A DNA stretch of 64,000 nucleotides from a virus (lineage: Duplodnaviria > Heunggongvirae > Uroviricota > Caudoviricetes): the IMG/VR virus record IMGVR_UViG_2703718819_000006, one strand, 5' to 3'. Under the pieces are notes generated by a model. That model saw only the letters and a program-made list of their open reading frames with translations, made no database searches and was not told the origin of the DNA. Within the stretch, counting starts at the first letter, position 1; each line of letters begins with the position of its first letter. Position numbers and translations under genes: made by a program. Shown here piece by piece: positions 28,615 through 38,207 of this stretch.

Positions 28615-28790
28615 GCTGCCACCTCTTTGATTACATCAAATGCTGAATTAAATACGAGCACGATAGCCAAAGCGTTTATGACTACGTCGTTCACCGGGGA
28701 AAAGACTTTACGAATGACACCAGTGAAAATGCAGTCGATGACAAAAGCTATTGACACGATGAGTAACAAGTATTCAATAAAAATCTTCAT
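28611..28790 (-). CDS. small membrane protein (58 aa), below ORF-track size cutoff
   Basis: Hydrophobic helices; stop overlaps ATG of downstream gene (ATGA). Confidence 0.35.
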   Translation of the reverse strand: MKIFIEYLLLIVSIAFVIDCIFTGVIRKVFSPVNDVVINALAIVLVFNSAFDVIKEVAA

Positions 28791-28829
28791 GATAGGTAGA
28801 TACTAACTTATATAAATTTTACTGTAAAC

Positions 28830-29105
28830 TCACTCAAAAGTGCTGATGCTTAAAATACGCTCAAGATGTGCGGCATCTTCATCACTGATTTGTTGAGTCT
28901 CTTCTACGTACCAACAGTTGCCGTTATGCCAACAAACACCATCATCATCAACCATCACTGAATCAGCGTCATGACCTGTATATTCAACGAGAATACGCTG
29001 GATCAGTGCGTCAGTTTCTTCGTCGTTAAGGCCATCGGCTTTGACCATAAAAAGCGGAAACACGTCATAGACAGTGCTGGTAACGATTCGAACTAAAACT
29101 CTCAT
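28830..29105 (-). CDS. hypothetical protein
   Basis: ORF track; conserved leader. Confidence 0.5.
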   Translation of the reverse strand: MRVLVRIVTSTVYDVFPLFMVKADGLNDEETDALIQRILVEYTGHDADSVMVDDDGVCWHNGNCWYVEETQQISDEDAAHLERILSISTFE

Positions 29106-29160
29106 GTGTTTTTCCTTTTGTGGTTAGTGTTTACTTATTTTGTTAGTTATGAATAGGCGA

Positions 29161-29586
29161 TCAATCATCTTGTTTAGGGAAAAACTGTTCAATAACTCTG
29201 TCAACGGCTGTGTCTATATGGAGTAGATGCCACACAACCATATCTTTGCTCCCCATGCCTTGTGTGAATATCACGTCATACTTACGCCATGCGCAGTGGA
29301 ACCAATATGCTGAGTCATCAATTGGTAAATCCTCTCCCGCCTCTTTGAAGTATTTCAGCAGCATTGCTTGCTCTGCCGTTGGCGTTGGACCTATTTCCTG
29401 AGCGTACATACGGATAAATCGCTGCCAGTCTGTCTCGTCGGTGGTCGGATCTGGTGGATTCATTTCGGCGATAGCGTTTCGTAGCTGATGCGCCCAATCA
29501 GGTTCAGGAAAGCCTTTTGATACTTCATCATCAATAACATCCAGAGCCGCGTTTGCGGCATCGTAGAGTTTCTTAATTGCTGCCAT
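29161..29586 (-). CDS. hypothetical protein
   Basis: ORF track. Confidence 0.5.
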   Translation of the reverse strand: MAAIKKLYDAANAALDVIDDEVSKGFPEPDWAHQLRNAIAEMNPPDPTTDETDWQRFIRMYAQEIGPTPTAEQAMLLKYFKEAGEDLPIDDSAYWFHCAWRKYDVIFTQGMGSKDMVVWHLLHIDTAVDRVIEQFFPKQDD

Positions 29587-29647
29587 GTTTACTTCTCCTT
29601 ATAAATAGGAAAATAATCACCTTTGAAAAAATAAAGCAAAGATATAT

Positions 29648-30037
29648 TCACTCCGATACAAGACGTTTATATGCTTCGATGTCTCGACGTGCTTCACCGA
29701 GTTTTCTTCTTAGGTCCATATTTTCTGATTCAAGTTTTTCAATGTTTTTTTGGTATCGGCCACGATGTTCTTCCCAGGCATCCTGATATGCCTTCATATA
29801 TGTCGTATTAGCCTTTCTTTTTGCCTGACGAACCGCGTGGTGATTTTCTACAAACCAGTCAGGGTCGTTAAATGCTGCTCTTGCGCATTTATACCAATAA
29901 TCGGTTGACTCTCTGTTTAACCAATGAATGGTGATAAATGGTAATCGAATAGACAGAATTTTTCGTTTGGAATCTCGCTCACCAAACATATGCCCTTTTT
30001 TTATCTTTAAACCGAACCCAGGTTGAATTAAAAGCAT
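29648..30037 (-). CDS. hypothetical protein (AT-rich island)
   Basis: ORF track; GAGG RBS. Confidence 0.45.
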   Translation of the reverse strand: MLLIQPGFGLKIKKGHMFGERDSKRKILSIRLPFITIHWLNRESTDYWYKCARAAFNDPDWFVENHHAVRQAKRKANTTYMKAYQDAWEEHRGRYQKNIEKLESENMDLRRKLGEARRDIEAYKRLVSE

Positions 30038-30057
30038 TGTCAGTACCTCAGATGCAT

Positions 30058-30798
30058 TTATGGCAGTAATTCTTTACCGCTTTCCATTTTGGTGATAGAG
30101 ACAGTAGGATCATCGTTAATGCATGATTCTGTGCCTAATGCTGCTAACCCTTTACGCATAACCGTGCCCGCAACATACGCCTCAATCTCCGCCTTTCCAG
30201 ATGAGACAATTTCATCCATTTGTTCCTGCATTAATTCGGTAGCAAAGCACAGATTTTCAGGAAGGTTAGCTACAGCAGATGCTAGTTTTCTATATAGTTC
30301 TTCAAGGTCACGTTTTCCAGCTCTTCCTTTTTTCACAAGTTCACCTAGCTCTGAAACTTGCTGATTAAGTCGATCAATCTCACTATTCGTAGCGGCCTTT
30401 ATTTGATCGTTGAATTTTTGCCGAATACTTTTTTGCTCGGCAATATCATGAACTCTAATTGAGTCTCCAATGGTTTTATATGAAATAGTGCATGGCACAC
30501 CTTCGCCCACTCCAAAACTGCTAACCATAGCAGCCCATTGTGCCTGGCTAAGTCTAATTTCAACTAAAGGCCGTCTATTGCAACTTCTTTGTGGGCGGGT
30601 TCGTTCATTGTCTAAGGACAGTTCCGCCTCGTAAACGCCTATTTCAATATAGTCTCTATGTTCCAGTTCTGAATCAAATAGGCGAATGCCAGTTGTGCTA
30701 ACACGGCTTGTTTTCACAAGACCGAACGCTGGATGTGTTTGAATTTTTTCCCCATGTTTATTAAGGGTCGTTTTTGGTTCTTCAATTTTTCTTTTCAC
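30058..30798 (-). CDS. hypothetical protein (AT-rich island), GTG start
   Basis: ORF track. Confidence 0.45.
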   Translation of the reverse strand: MKRKIEEPKTTLNKHGEKIQTHPAFGLVKTSRVSTTGIRLFDSELEHRDYIEIGVYEAELSLDNERTRPQRSCNRRPLVEIRLSQAQWAAMVSSFGVGEGVPCTISYKTIGDSIRVHDIAEQKSIRQKFNDQIKAATNSEIDRLNQQVSELGELVKKGRAGKRDLEELYRKLASAVANLPENLCFATELMQEQMDEIVSSGKAEIEAYVAGTVMRKGLAALGTESCINDDPTVSITKMESGKELLP

Positions 30799-30844
30799 CT
30801 TATTAACCTCTATGCTTCATGCGTAAAGCTAAATGACAATTTTT

Positions 30845-31669
30845 TTAATATCCGGCGTATTCGTATTCTTCATTTAGACCGTATTCTTGTGGAGTGATAC
30901 CAGGACAACATAACTCAAAGGCGAACTTGCGCCATTTGATTTTTTCTTCTGACGATTGTTTGTTATTCGCCGGTGCAATGTAGTCATATTCCCATTTGCC
31001 GTTGCGAAGTAAAATGAATCCGCAGTTATTGCCGAAGTCTTCGTCTGCATAACGTATTACAAACTCAAGGTGCGGGAACTTTCTAGCCATCGCTTGATAA
31101 ATTGGTTTTGGCATAGACCAGGCTGTTTCAAAGCGAATCACCAACTCACCACCAGTTGCGGCATGTCTTGCAAGACGTTTTTTATAGATTCGTTTTGCAT
31201 ATGCTCGAACGTGTGTATGGCGGAAATTATGGCCGTACTTAATACGTGTAGGGATACGTTTTACGGGCATTTCGATGTTGTAGGCATTCCATTTTGTTCC
31301 CCAATTAGCTCGCGACCAGTCAAACCATGAGTAATAGCCATAGCGACGATAATTCTCAAGCCGCATAAGAGCCTGCTCTTTGATTTTGCGAATTTCCTTG
31401 CGTGTCATTCCTGATTCACGCATAGCTAATTCGATCTGTTCTGGAGTCTTTAATTCACCGAACATGTGGTCGTAAACTGTTTCGCCCGCCATTGCAGAGG
31501 CCATGCGCCTGATATGATTGTTTTCTTCCATTTCTATACTTTTCGGACGTCTGCAAATGGTATTAAAGTCAATTAGACCTTTTTTGTTAGTTATGGCACG
31601 TATGAAATCTAAGCGTTGTTTATTTGTACCACCTATGACTCGGATTTCGTTTGTAATGTGGTTGGGCAT
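30845..31669 (-). CDS. hypothetical protein with conserved WFDWSRANWGTKWN motif (AT-rich island)
   Basis: ORF track. Confidence 0.5.
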   Translation of the reverse strand: MPNHITNEIRVIGGTNKQRLDFIRAITNKKGLIDFNTICRRPKSIEMEENNHIRRMASAMAGETVYDHMFGELKTPEQIELAMRESGMTRKEIRKIKEQALMRLENYRRYGYYSWFDWSRANWGTKWNAYNIEMPVKRIPTRIKYGHNFRHTHVRAYAKRIYKKRLARHAATGGELVIRFETAWSMPKPIYQAMARKFPHLEFVIRYADEDFGNNCGFILLRNGKWEYDYIAPANNKQSSEEKIKWRKFAFELCCPGITPQEYGLNEEYEYAGY

Positions 31670-31728
31670 AATTAACTTAACCTTTTAACAAATTGTTTTC
31701 TTGTGTGTGATAATAACGAGAATAAAAC

Positions 31729-31746
31729 GGCGTCCAACTGGACGCC
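31729..31746 (-). terminator. rho-independent terminator
   Basis: ggcgtcc aact ggacgcc hairpin followed by U-rich tract on minus strand. Confidence 0.6.
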
Positions 31747-31764
31747 TGATCTTCTTAATGAGAG

Positions 31765-32595
31765 TTATTTCACTGTAATGAAAGGAGTGTTAGCCCCTTG
31801 AGTCATGTACTGCGGTAACTGGCCATTCCATTTATTGATGGCTTCCAGCTCCATAACGTTCGGGTTTTGACGCAGAGCTTCACCGCGCAGACGAATGGCG
31901 TCGGCTTCTGCTTGCGCACGAGCACGGATAGCATCAGCTTCACCATTAGCCTGTTCACGTAGCATATTCGCCTCAGCTTTACGCTGTTCAACTTCCTGCT
32001 GACGTTGCAGAGTACGCTGGTTAGCCGTTACTTTGGCGTTGATAGATTCAATGACGGTTTTTGGGTAATCAGGCTTTCCAACCCATGACAGGCTCAGTAC
32101 CTCAATACCAACCGGAGACATCTCTTTCTGAATATCTTTCAGTGCGTTGTCCAGCAATTGCGCCTTACCACCGTCGATAAATGAGTCAGTGGTCATACGG
32201 CTGGCCAAACGGTTTAGAGAGTCGGCAATTTTCTGACGCAGATCTGATTCGGTGATATCGTCTACGCCTTTGCGATAGGTCTGGAACACCGTCGTTACCT
32301 TGTCACGATTAACCAGATACGCAACGCCAATTTTGTGACCAATAGCAGTACCGTCACTCATCTGGAATGTGAACGGCTCGTCGTAGGTCTTCATTTGTTT
32401 GAAGGTCGGGAATACGTAAAGTTCGGTGTTAAGACCTGTCCATTGGCGACCAACGCCAACCACTTCACCGATCCCTTTGTCTTCACCTAATTTGTTTACT
32501 TTGATGCCAACGTATCCAGGCTCCACGCGATCACAGCCAGTAAGACCCATTGTGCAAATAGCCGCCAGAGCAACTGCAAGTAAACCTTTCTTCAT
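31765..32595 (-). CDS. SPFH/band-7 domain lipoprotein
   Basis: Lipobox LTGC after signal peptide; SPFH-like core and Ala/Glu-rich coiled-coil C-terminus. Confidence 0.65.
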   Translation of the reverse strand: MKKGLLAVALAAICTMGLTGCDRVEPGYVGIKVNKLGEDKGIGEVVGVGRQWTGLNTELYVFPTFKQMKTYDEPFTFQMSDGTAIGHKIGVAYLVNRDKVTTVFQTYRKGVDDITESDLRQKIADSLNRLASRMTTDSFIDGGKAQLLDNALKDIQKEMSPVGIEVLSLSWVGKPDYPKTVIESINAKVTANQRTLQRQQEVEQRKAEANMLREQANGEADAIRARAQAEADAIRLRGEALRQNPNVMELEAINKWNGQLPQYMTQGANTPFITVK

Positions 32596-32598
32596 TAC

Positions 32599-32799
32599 TT
32601 ATTTCCCCTTTGCTTTGATTAATGAGTTGATAAACTTACGACCAGCAATAAGACCGATTACAGGAGCACCAAAACCAACGATAACTCCAAACATGACGGC
32701 TAAATCACTCTTGGTAGAAATCAGCGACGGAACCAGTAATCCGTAGATGAGAGCCACTGAAAGGCCTGTGGCTACTGCCAATAGATAGATTTTGATCAT
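32599..32799 (-). CDS. small membrane protein (2 TM), upstream partner of SPFH protein
   Basis: ORF track; hydrophobic. Confidence 0.45.
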   Translation of the reverse strand: MIKIYLLAVATGLSVALIYGLLVPSLISTKSDLAVMFGVIVGFGAPVIGLIAGRKFINSLIKAKGK

Positions 32800-32866
32800 G
32801 TGTTTTCCTATGTGGTTGTTATGTGAAAATGATAAGTAAGTACTTATATATTTTCAAGAAATAAAA

Positions 32867-32887
32867 AAGGCGTCCTGTGGACGCCTT
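32867..32887 (-). terminator. rho-independent terminator
   Basis: aggcgtc ctgtg gacgcct hairpin followed by U6 on minus strand. Confidence 0.65.
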
Positions 32888-32891
32888 GTGT

Positions 32892-35231
32892 TTACTCTTC
32901 TACTGACTCGGTGGGATTGTCTTTTGATCTCCGGTCGTCGATTGCCTGTAAAGCCGCAATGATTTCAGCTAGTGGCTTCTCCCGATACATCTCGACGATC
33001 TGTGATTTGGTGTATTTCTTGTCACCAATTTCTACTCGACCGCTGGCGTTCTTTGGCAGGTATCCTTCTTCCAGCATGTACTCGACGAGCGACTCGATAA
33101 CGTCGAGGCCACGAGTAGGATCGAAGTAGAATTTCCAGGTGCATTTGCCATACGGTGGTGCAACTTTGTTTTTGATGCACTCTGCGCCTACGTCCTGGCC
33201 GATCTTCTCTTTCCCATCCTTCATCACCGATGCACCGAGACGGATGCGCACAGAAGCGTAAAACTTCGGTGAATCGCCGCCTGGAGACGTAGTAGGGTCG
33301 CCAAACATTACACCGATTTTTGTGCGAACCTGATTCAAGAAGATGATGCAGGCGTTGTATTTGCGTGCCCACAAAGCCAGAGTAGGGAAGTTCGCACTCG
33401 TCGCACGAGCCAGCGCCGTATTGTCGTTCATGTTTAGCTGATCTTTGTCTTTGGCAGTGCCTTCAGCCATCTTTTCGAACTTCTCGGCTTTGGAGTTCGG
33501 AACCATAGACGCAAGTGAGTCAGCCACGATACAGATAGGTGCTGATTCAGGAATAAGCTCTTCATCACGTACCAATTTAAGAATTGTGCCGATCAACTCT
33601 ACAGAGTCTTCGAAGGTATCAGGCTGCTTGTATACCCACTGACCGTCATCCTCATCTGCATTCAAACCATTGGCTACAGCCAGGCCAACGTCAAAACTGT
33701 TTTCATGATCGAGGAATACCGCCAGACCATCTTGTTTTTGAGCGGAGATCATCGCTGCTGTTGCAAGGAATGTGTTGTGGCTGATAATCCCGTTAGACCA
33801 GAAAGAGTGTGTTTCCGGCATCGCTACGTCGAACGTTGGTGCTTCACCTTCCTCAATAGCCACGACTTCGTCGTAGAACAAGTTAGAGCCAATTACCGCT
33901 GCCAGTTGTGCAAACAGATGCTCGTTAAAACGATTCTTTCTGCCAATGAAGGAGACATAGATTTCTCGCAGTTTGTCTATTCCGACACGATCGCCGCGGC
34001 CAATAACGTGGTCTACCAGAGCGTAGTCTTCACGGGTGGTCTTGGTGAGCGACTCGTAGAGTGATTTCACTAAGCCGCTGATGTGCGGAACATAGCCTGA
34101 GTAAGTGCGGTCAAAACCAATGTCCCGTTTGGTTGCCACTGATAAACGTGCCGGAGATTCGAAACCAATCGTTGACAGAAAAAGGTCGTAATTAGAGCCA
34201 CTGAATGACAGCCGGTAATATGTATTTTCATAACCCGCGACGTGTTTTTCAGAGATAGTTGACGTAATCCCCAGATTCAGGAGCATGAGGCGAATTTGCT
34301 GTAGCAGCAGCCCACTCGCGCTCACAACCTCAATGCAGCGACCATCATTGACGTGGCATTCCAGCTCAAAGTAGCCGCGAAGGAATGCAATTTGAGCCTC
34401 GCTATTGGCGCGACGCACACTCAACGGAACCTGCTTGCCAGCAGCTTTCTCATACTCCAGACCATATTCTTTAAAAAGCAGCGAACGCACCTCTTTGCTA
34501 AACAGCACATGGTCTTCCGAGCCGTTATGTTTTCTCGTAACTGGCATCTTGTCTGATACCAGCGAAATGAGGCGGTAGTACTCATCCTTGATGAAAGGAT
34601 CTGTGTTAGAAAAATTCACTGAATTTTCAGAGGCCACGTATCCGTCAGCAATTAAATAGCCCATCAGTTTTGCGATATTGGCATCCAGGTGCTGATCGCC
34701 GAATTGATGTGTGCCAACCATTGAAGGAATCGTGTCGCCTACACTGATTTTTTCAGCATGTCGCCAGACGACATTACCTAAGTCGTCAACCACACGGATT
34801 GGGTGACGGAACGTAGCCTCGATATAACCGCCTGATGCCAGCTTAATACGCTTGAATTTGCGACGGTTGTTCCATGTCAGGTGTGAGGTCTTCTCTATCA
34901 CGCCATTTTCATTGATGAGTCCAACGTTATGCTCTACATCGCGAGTAGTGCATGTCGCTTTGTACCCTTCAATCTCAAACAACTCTTTCACTGTTACCAT
35001 TCCACGCTCCGTCAGCAGCATGGTGTCTGCGGTAACACATTTCCCCGCGCTTGGAGGACCGAATACTTCTACGATACGACCACATGGGAAACCGCCATCG
35101 TAACGACCGGAAATAGCTTTGTTTAACGGAGGAAAGCCTGTGTCAATCCAATGAGTTACTTTCTGAATTTCGTCGTTGCTACCGATTTTCTTTTTCAGAG
35201 CAAGTGCCAGTGCGGATTTTCCTTTTGCCAT
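32892..35231 (-). CDS. RecA-like recombinase interrupted by an intein with LAGLIDADG homing endonuclease domain
   Basis: Exteins give GPPSAGK|TFLATAAM Walker A and RecA-like FLDHENSFD, YKQPDTFEDSVEL; insert begins with Cys, ends SHN, contains LMGYLIADGYV. Confidence 0.8.
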   Translation of the reverse strand: MAKGKSALALALKKKIGSNDEIQKVTHWIDTGFPPLNKAISGRYDGGFPCGRIVEVFGPPSAGKCVTADTMLLTERGMVTVKELFEIEGYKATCTTRDVEHNVGLINENGVIEKTSHLTWNNRRKFKRIKLASGGYIEATFRHPIRVVDDLGNVVWRHAEKISVGDTIPSMVGTHQFGDQHLDANIAKLMGYLIADGYVASENSVNFSNTDPFIKDEYYRLISLVSDKMPVTRKHNGSEDHVLFSKEVRSLLFKEYGLEYEKAAGKQVPLSVRRANSEAQIAFLRGYFELECHVNDGRCIEVVSASGLLLQQIRLMLLNLGITSTISEKHVAGYENTYYRLSFSGSNYDLFLSTIGFESPARLSVATKRDIGFDRTYSGYVPHISGLVKSLYESLTKTTREDYALVDHVIGRGDRVGIDKLREIYVSFIGRKNRFNEHLFAQLAAVIGSNLFYDEVVAIEEGEAPTFDVAMPETHSFWSNGIISHNTFLATAAMISAQKQDGLAVFLDHENSFDVGLAVANGLNADEDDGQWVYKQPDTFEDSVELIGTILKLVRDEELIPESAPICIVADSLASMVPNSKAEKFEKMAEGTAKDKDQLNMNDNTALARATSANFPTLALWARKYNACIIFLNQVRTKIGVMFGDPTTSPGGDSPKFYASVRIRLGASVMKDGKEKIGQDVGAECIKNKVAPPYGKCTWKFYFDPTRGLDVIESLVEYMLEEGYLPKNASGRVEIGDKKYTKSQIVEMYREKPLAEIIAALQAIDDRRSKDNPTESVEE
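33774..35039 (-). other. intein (~422 aa) within RecA-like gene
   Basis: Cys1 after GPPSAGK, LAGLIDADG motif, C-terminal HN followed by Thr+1. Confidence 0.75.
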
Positions 35232-35233
35232 GA

Positions 35234-35500
35234 TCAGGCTCCTTTTGTTTCGTTGATTCGTTTTAAAGCGGCGGATTCGTCGAATACAATCGCATCGTGG
35301 TTAAGGTGTTTGGATACACGAGCGAGGATTTTTACGATCTGCTCGCTGACTAATCCAAACTCGCGATCTGTCGCTTTCATTCCGGCAGTGCCTAGAATTG
35401 ACGGCAGTGCGATGACAGCGTACTCACCGTGATAAAAGACAATCTCTTTTGCCAGTTGGGTAGGGGTGGTGGTAGCGCCATTAATAATCGATTTAAGCAT
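35234..35500 (-). CDS. hypothetical protein
   Basis: ORF track 35234..35506 begins on TTG; ATG at 35500 overlaps FEN stop (TAATG). Confidence 0.45.
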   Translation of the reverse strand: MLKSIINGATTTPTQLAKEIVFYHGEYAVIALPSILGTAGMKATDREFGLVSEQIVKILARVSKHLNHDAIVFDESAALKRINETKGA

Positions 35501-36444
35501 TAGCAATACCTTTCGAATGGAAGAACAAACACTTCAAGGTCTTCAAGGAACGAACGGAAATTCAGCTCGTAGCACAGTTGCTCGAATGCTTTCACGTCAC
35601 GATTGCCTTTGATTGTTTCGATTTCGGTAGGCGGAAACTTCGTCTCAATCAGGTTCATTAGCGTGATGTTTCTCTTGAACGCTTCGAGCATTCGACAGCC
35701 TGTTTTCTCGTTGAAGGCATTCTTCGCTAGTTTGTTGAAGGCGGTCTTATGACGCCCTTTATTAACCACGATTGAGCCGTCGTTGATGCCGCGTACCATC
35801 GTTGCGACACTTCCCCATTCATGCAGCAGCTCTTTCGCACCGCCAGCACCAATGCCACCAACACCGCTAATGTTGTCCGAGTTATCGCCTTGTAATGCTT
35901 TTGCTTCCAAAAATGCGCGAGGCGTGGCGAATCCTGTCAGCTCCGCAAATTGCTCAAAATTAACCTGCTTGTTTTTGGCGTCTTCACGCAGGCTTACCCA
36001 GCTTACGTTTTCGCGAACTAACTGAAGCCAGTCGCTATCGCCTGTTAACAGATAGATGTGTTCAACGGTTGGCTGCGGTGCCATGCGGGATACCAGCAGC
36101 CCGGCCAGATCATCCGCTTCTGCATCTTTTGCAATGATTTGGTTAACACCAAGCGCGGTCATCATTTTGAGGATGTATGGCTTCTGGATAGCAAAGCCTT
36201 CCTTCATCTTTTTCATATCAGGATCGTCGTCGCGATTTGCTTTGTAGTCCGGGTAAAAGTCGCGACGCTTGTCACTAAATCCATCCCAAAGAATCATAGG
36301 TCGGGCATGGAGGATGGAGGCATAACGACGGACGTTCTTAACAAAGCCGAAAGCAGCCTGTACTTCCATTTCGCCGTTGTGCAATTTGTCAGATTGTTGG
36401 TGGTAATAACCCAGGCTATTGCCATCTACGAAGAGATAATTCAC
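35500..36444 (-). CDS. 5'-3' exonuclease / flap endonuclease (FEN)
   Basis: LFVDGNSLGYY, EADDLAGLL, GDSDWLQL, GVGGIGAGGAKELL; ORF track start 36495 is GTG upstream of a terminator hairpin, so a GTG at 36444 with GGAAGGA RBS is preferred. Confidence 0.75.
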   Translation of the reverse strand: MNYLFVDGNSLGYYHQQSDKLHNGEMEVQAAFGFVKNVRRYASILHARPMILWDGFSDKRRDFYPDYKANRDDDPDMKKMKEGFAIQKPYILKMMTALGVNQIIAKDAEADDLAGLLVSRMAPQPTVEHIYLLTGDSDWLQLVRENVSWVSLREDAKNKQVNFEQFAELTGFATPRAFLEAKALQGDNSDNISGVGGIGAGGAKELLHEWGSVATMVRGINDGSIVVNKGRHKTAFNKLAKNAFNEKTGCRMLEAFKRNITLMNLIETKFPPTEIETIKGNRDVKAFEQLCYELNFRSFLEDLEVFVLPFERYC

Positions 36445-36464
36445 CGGTACATTCCTTCCAAAAA

Positions 36465-36488
36465 GTAAGGCGTCCGTAGACGCCTTAC
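36465..36488 (-). terminator. rho-independent terminator candidate downstream of SSB gene
   Basis: gtaaggcgtc cgta gacgccttac hairpin followed by U5 on minus strand. Confidence 0.55.
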
Positions 36489-36504
36489 TGGTCACGTAAT
36501 GGGA

Positions 36505-37533
36505 TTACAGAGAGTCCAGCTCTCTCAGTAGATCATCCAGACCTTCATCTTCCACCGCAGATGCTGCGGCTACAGGTGTTGCTGCGACTGCTTCAGAGTC
36601 TTTGACTGATACAGCAACGGCAGCGGAACTTGCCTCTGGTTTAAATTCAGTTTCAACGGCACGGAGGATTTCTTCATCAACCAGACTGGTTGGTTCAGAA
36701 GCCGGTGTGTGCGCGGTTGCTACAGCCGTCGCTCCTTCTGTATGACCAGTGACAGAGCCAAATCCAGGTAGTGCCGCAGCCGATGTTTTCGCGGTTGAGG
36801 AAATTGCTGGTGCAGATGCTGCGGCAGTTGGTGCAGCGATGCCAATCAGACGACCCATAGTGCGAACTGTCGACAGAAGACGAGTTTCATCAGCCTGATT
36901 TGCGTATGCGATCAGATCATGCTGGGTGTTCCAGAATTTATCTTCGATATCGCCTTTGTAGACTTTACGCTTAGGCGAGACGTCATATTTGGTATCGCGA
37001 CCAGAGCCAGTACGTTTAATCAGGAATGCGTAGCCTTCCTCTTTGCTCAGTGGATTGCCGATATCATCAGCGATGTCTTCGGTGATTGCTTTGCAGATAT
37101 CATCGAATACAGTAGACGGCAGCTCGATTAACTGGCATTTCTCAGCATCTGCGAAATCCTCACGAGCAGAAAGAATGCCGTTGACCAGGTAGCGAGGAGT
37201 GGCACGCATTTGACCGATGCGTTCTTCCATTGCTTTGTTACCCTTGTGACGAGCGCGACCTTCCATCACCATTTCGCATAGCTGACAAGCGCGACCGTGA
37301 GTATGTTGCTCACAAATATAAGCGTTGGTTGCTTCTTTACCTTCCTCGTTCTGATACTTAACGTAGTGCATACCGAAAGTCTGGAAGAACTTACCGTTTG
37401 GGTCGTCTTTATTCGGGAAGATGCGGATATAGTTGACGCCGTCTTTTAAGCGAGTCAGATCAACGTTGTTACCACGTTTGGCGGCAATGTCTTCACGAGT
37501 TTTGTTAAGCAAATCAAGTAATGTCTTAGACAT
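36505..37533 (-). CDS. single-stranded DNA-binding protein, T4 gp32-like, putative
   Basis: Zn-binding-like YICEQHTHGRACQLC, Ala-rich linker and acidic C-terminal tail DEGLDDLLRELDSL. Confidence 0.55.
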   Translation of the reverse strand: MSKTLLDLLNKTREDIAAKRGNNVDLTRLKDGVNYIRIFPNKDDPNGKFFQTFGMHYVKYQNEEGKEATNAYICEQHTHGRACQLCEMVMEGRARHKGNKAMEERIGQMRATPRYLVNGILSAREDFADAEKCQLIELPSTVFDDICKAITEDIADDIGNPLSKEEGYAFLIKRTGSGRDTKYDVSPKRKVYKGDIEDKFWNTQHDLIAYANQADETRLLSTVRTMGRLIGIAAPTAAASAPAISSTAKTSAAALPGFGSVTGHTEGATAVATAHTPASEPTSLVDEEILRAVETEFKPEASSAAVAVSVKDSEAVAATPVAAASAVEDEGLDDLLRELDSL

Positions 37534-37650
37534 GTGTTTCTCCTTGTTGTGATTTGGCCGATGGCGCTATGCGCGTTGGGCTTTCGTTCATTCGTGGCTC
37601 TTTCGAGCTGTTAAATGATAGATCAGTGCTTACTTATTATCTATCAAAAA

Positions 37651-38082
37651 TCAACGGGGAGTAATAAAGCGTTCAGAGCCTAATCGCTCTAATTCAACGA
37701 TGGCCATCTTTGACGCCTGAACGATCATGTCTCGGCGATGCGAAAAGGCGGCGACAGCATGTTTGTATATGTCTGCGATGTGCCGTGCTTCATCCAACTT
37801 CTGCCTTTTAGACAGATACTGTGGGTTTGTTTTAACCTTAGCGTCCAGTACAGATTCGTTGAACTTAATGCCGTTCATACTCAAGTTCTTACGCTCTGTG
37901 TCGTATAGCTTTGCTTCAACAGCTTCAAGGTTAAGTTTTGCCTCTGCGACACTTCTTTCTGCATGAGCGAGTTTTGAGCCATACTCCATTAAAAGGCGGG
38001 GTTGTCTACGCCAGACTTCCTCCAGATTGTCTCGGTCAAACTCGAGATCAGACATTATTTTCTCGTAAATATCGGTGATCAT
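37651..38082 (-). CDS. hypothetical protein
   Basis: ORF track; conserved leader. Confidence 0.5.
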   Translation of the reverse strand: MITDIYEKIMSDLEFDRDNLEEVWRRQPRLLMEYGSKLAHAERSVAEAKLNLEAVEAKLYDTERKNLSMNGIKFNESVLDAKVKTNPQYLSKRQKLDEARHIADIYKHAVAAFSHRRDMIVQASKMAIVELERLGSERFITPR

Positions 38083-38207
38083 GTGCTTTCCTTTTTACTT
38101 ATCATCTTATATTGATTATATCATTGTGATGATAAGGCAAGGAGTTCGAGGATAGGGGATATGAGGGGATAAGAGAAAACATGGCCATAGAGGCCATGTT
38201 TATGGGA

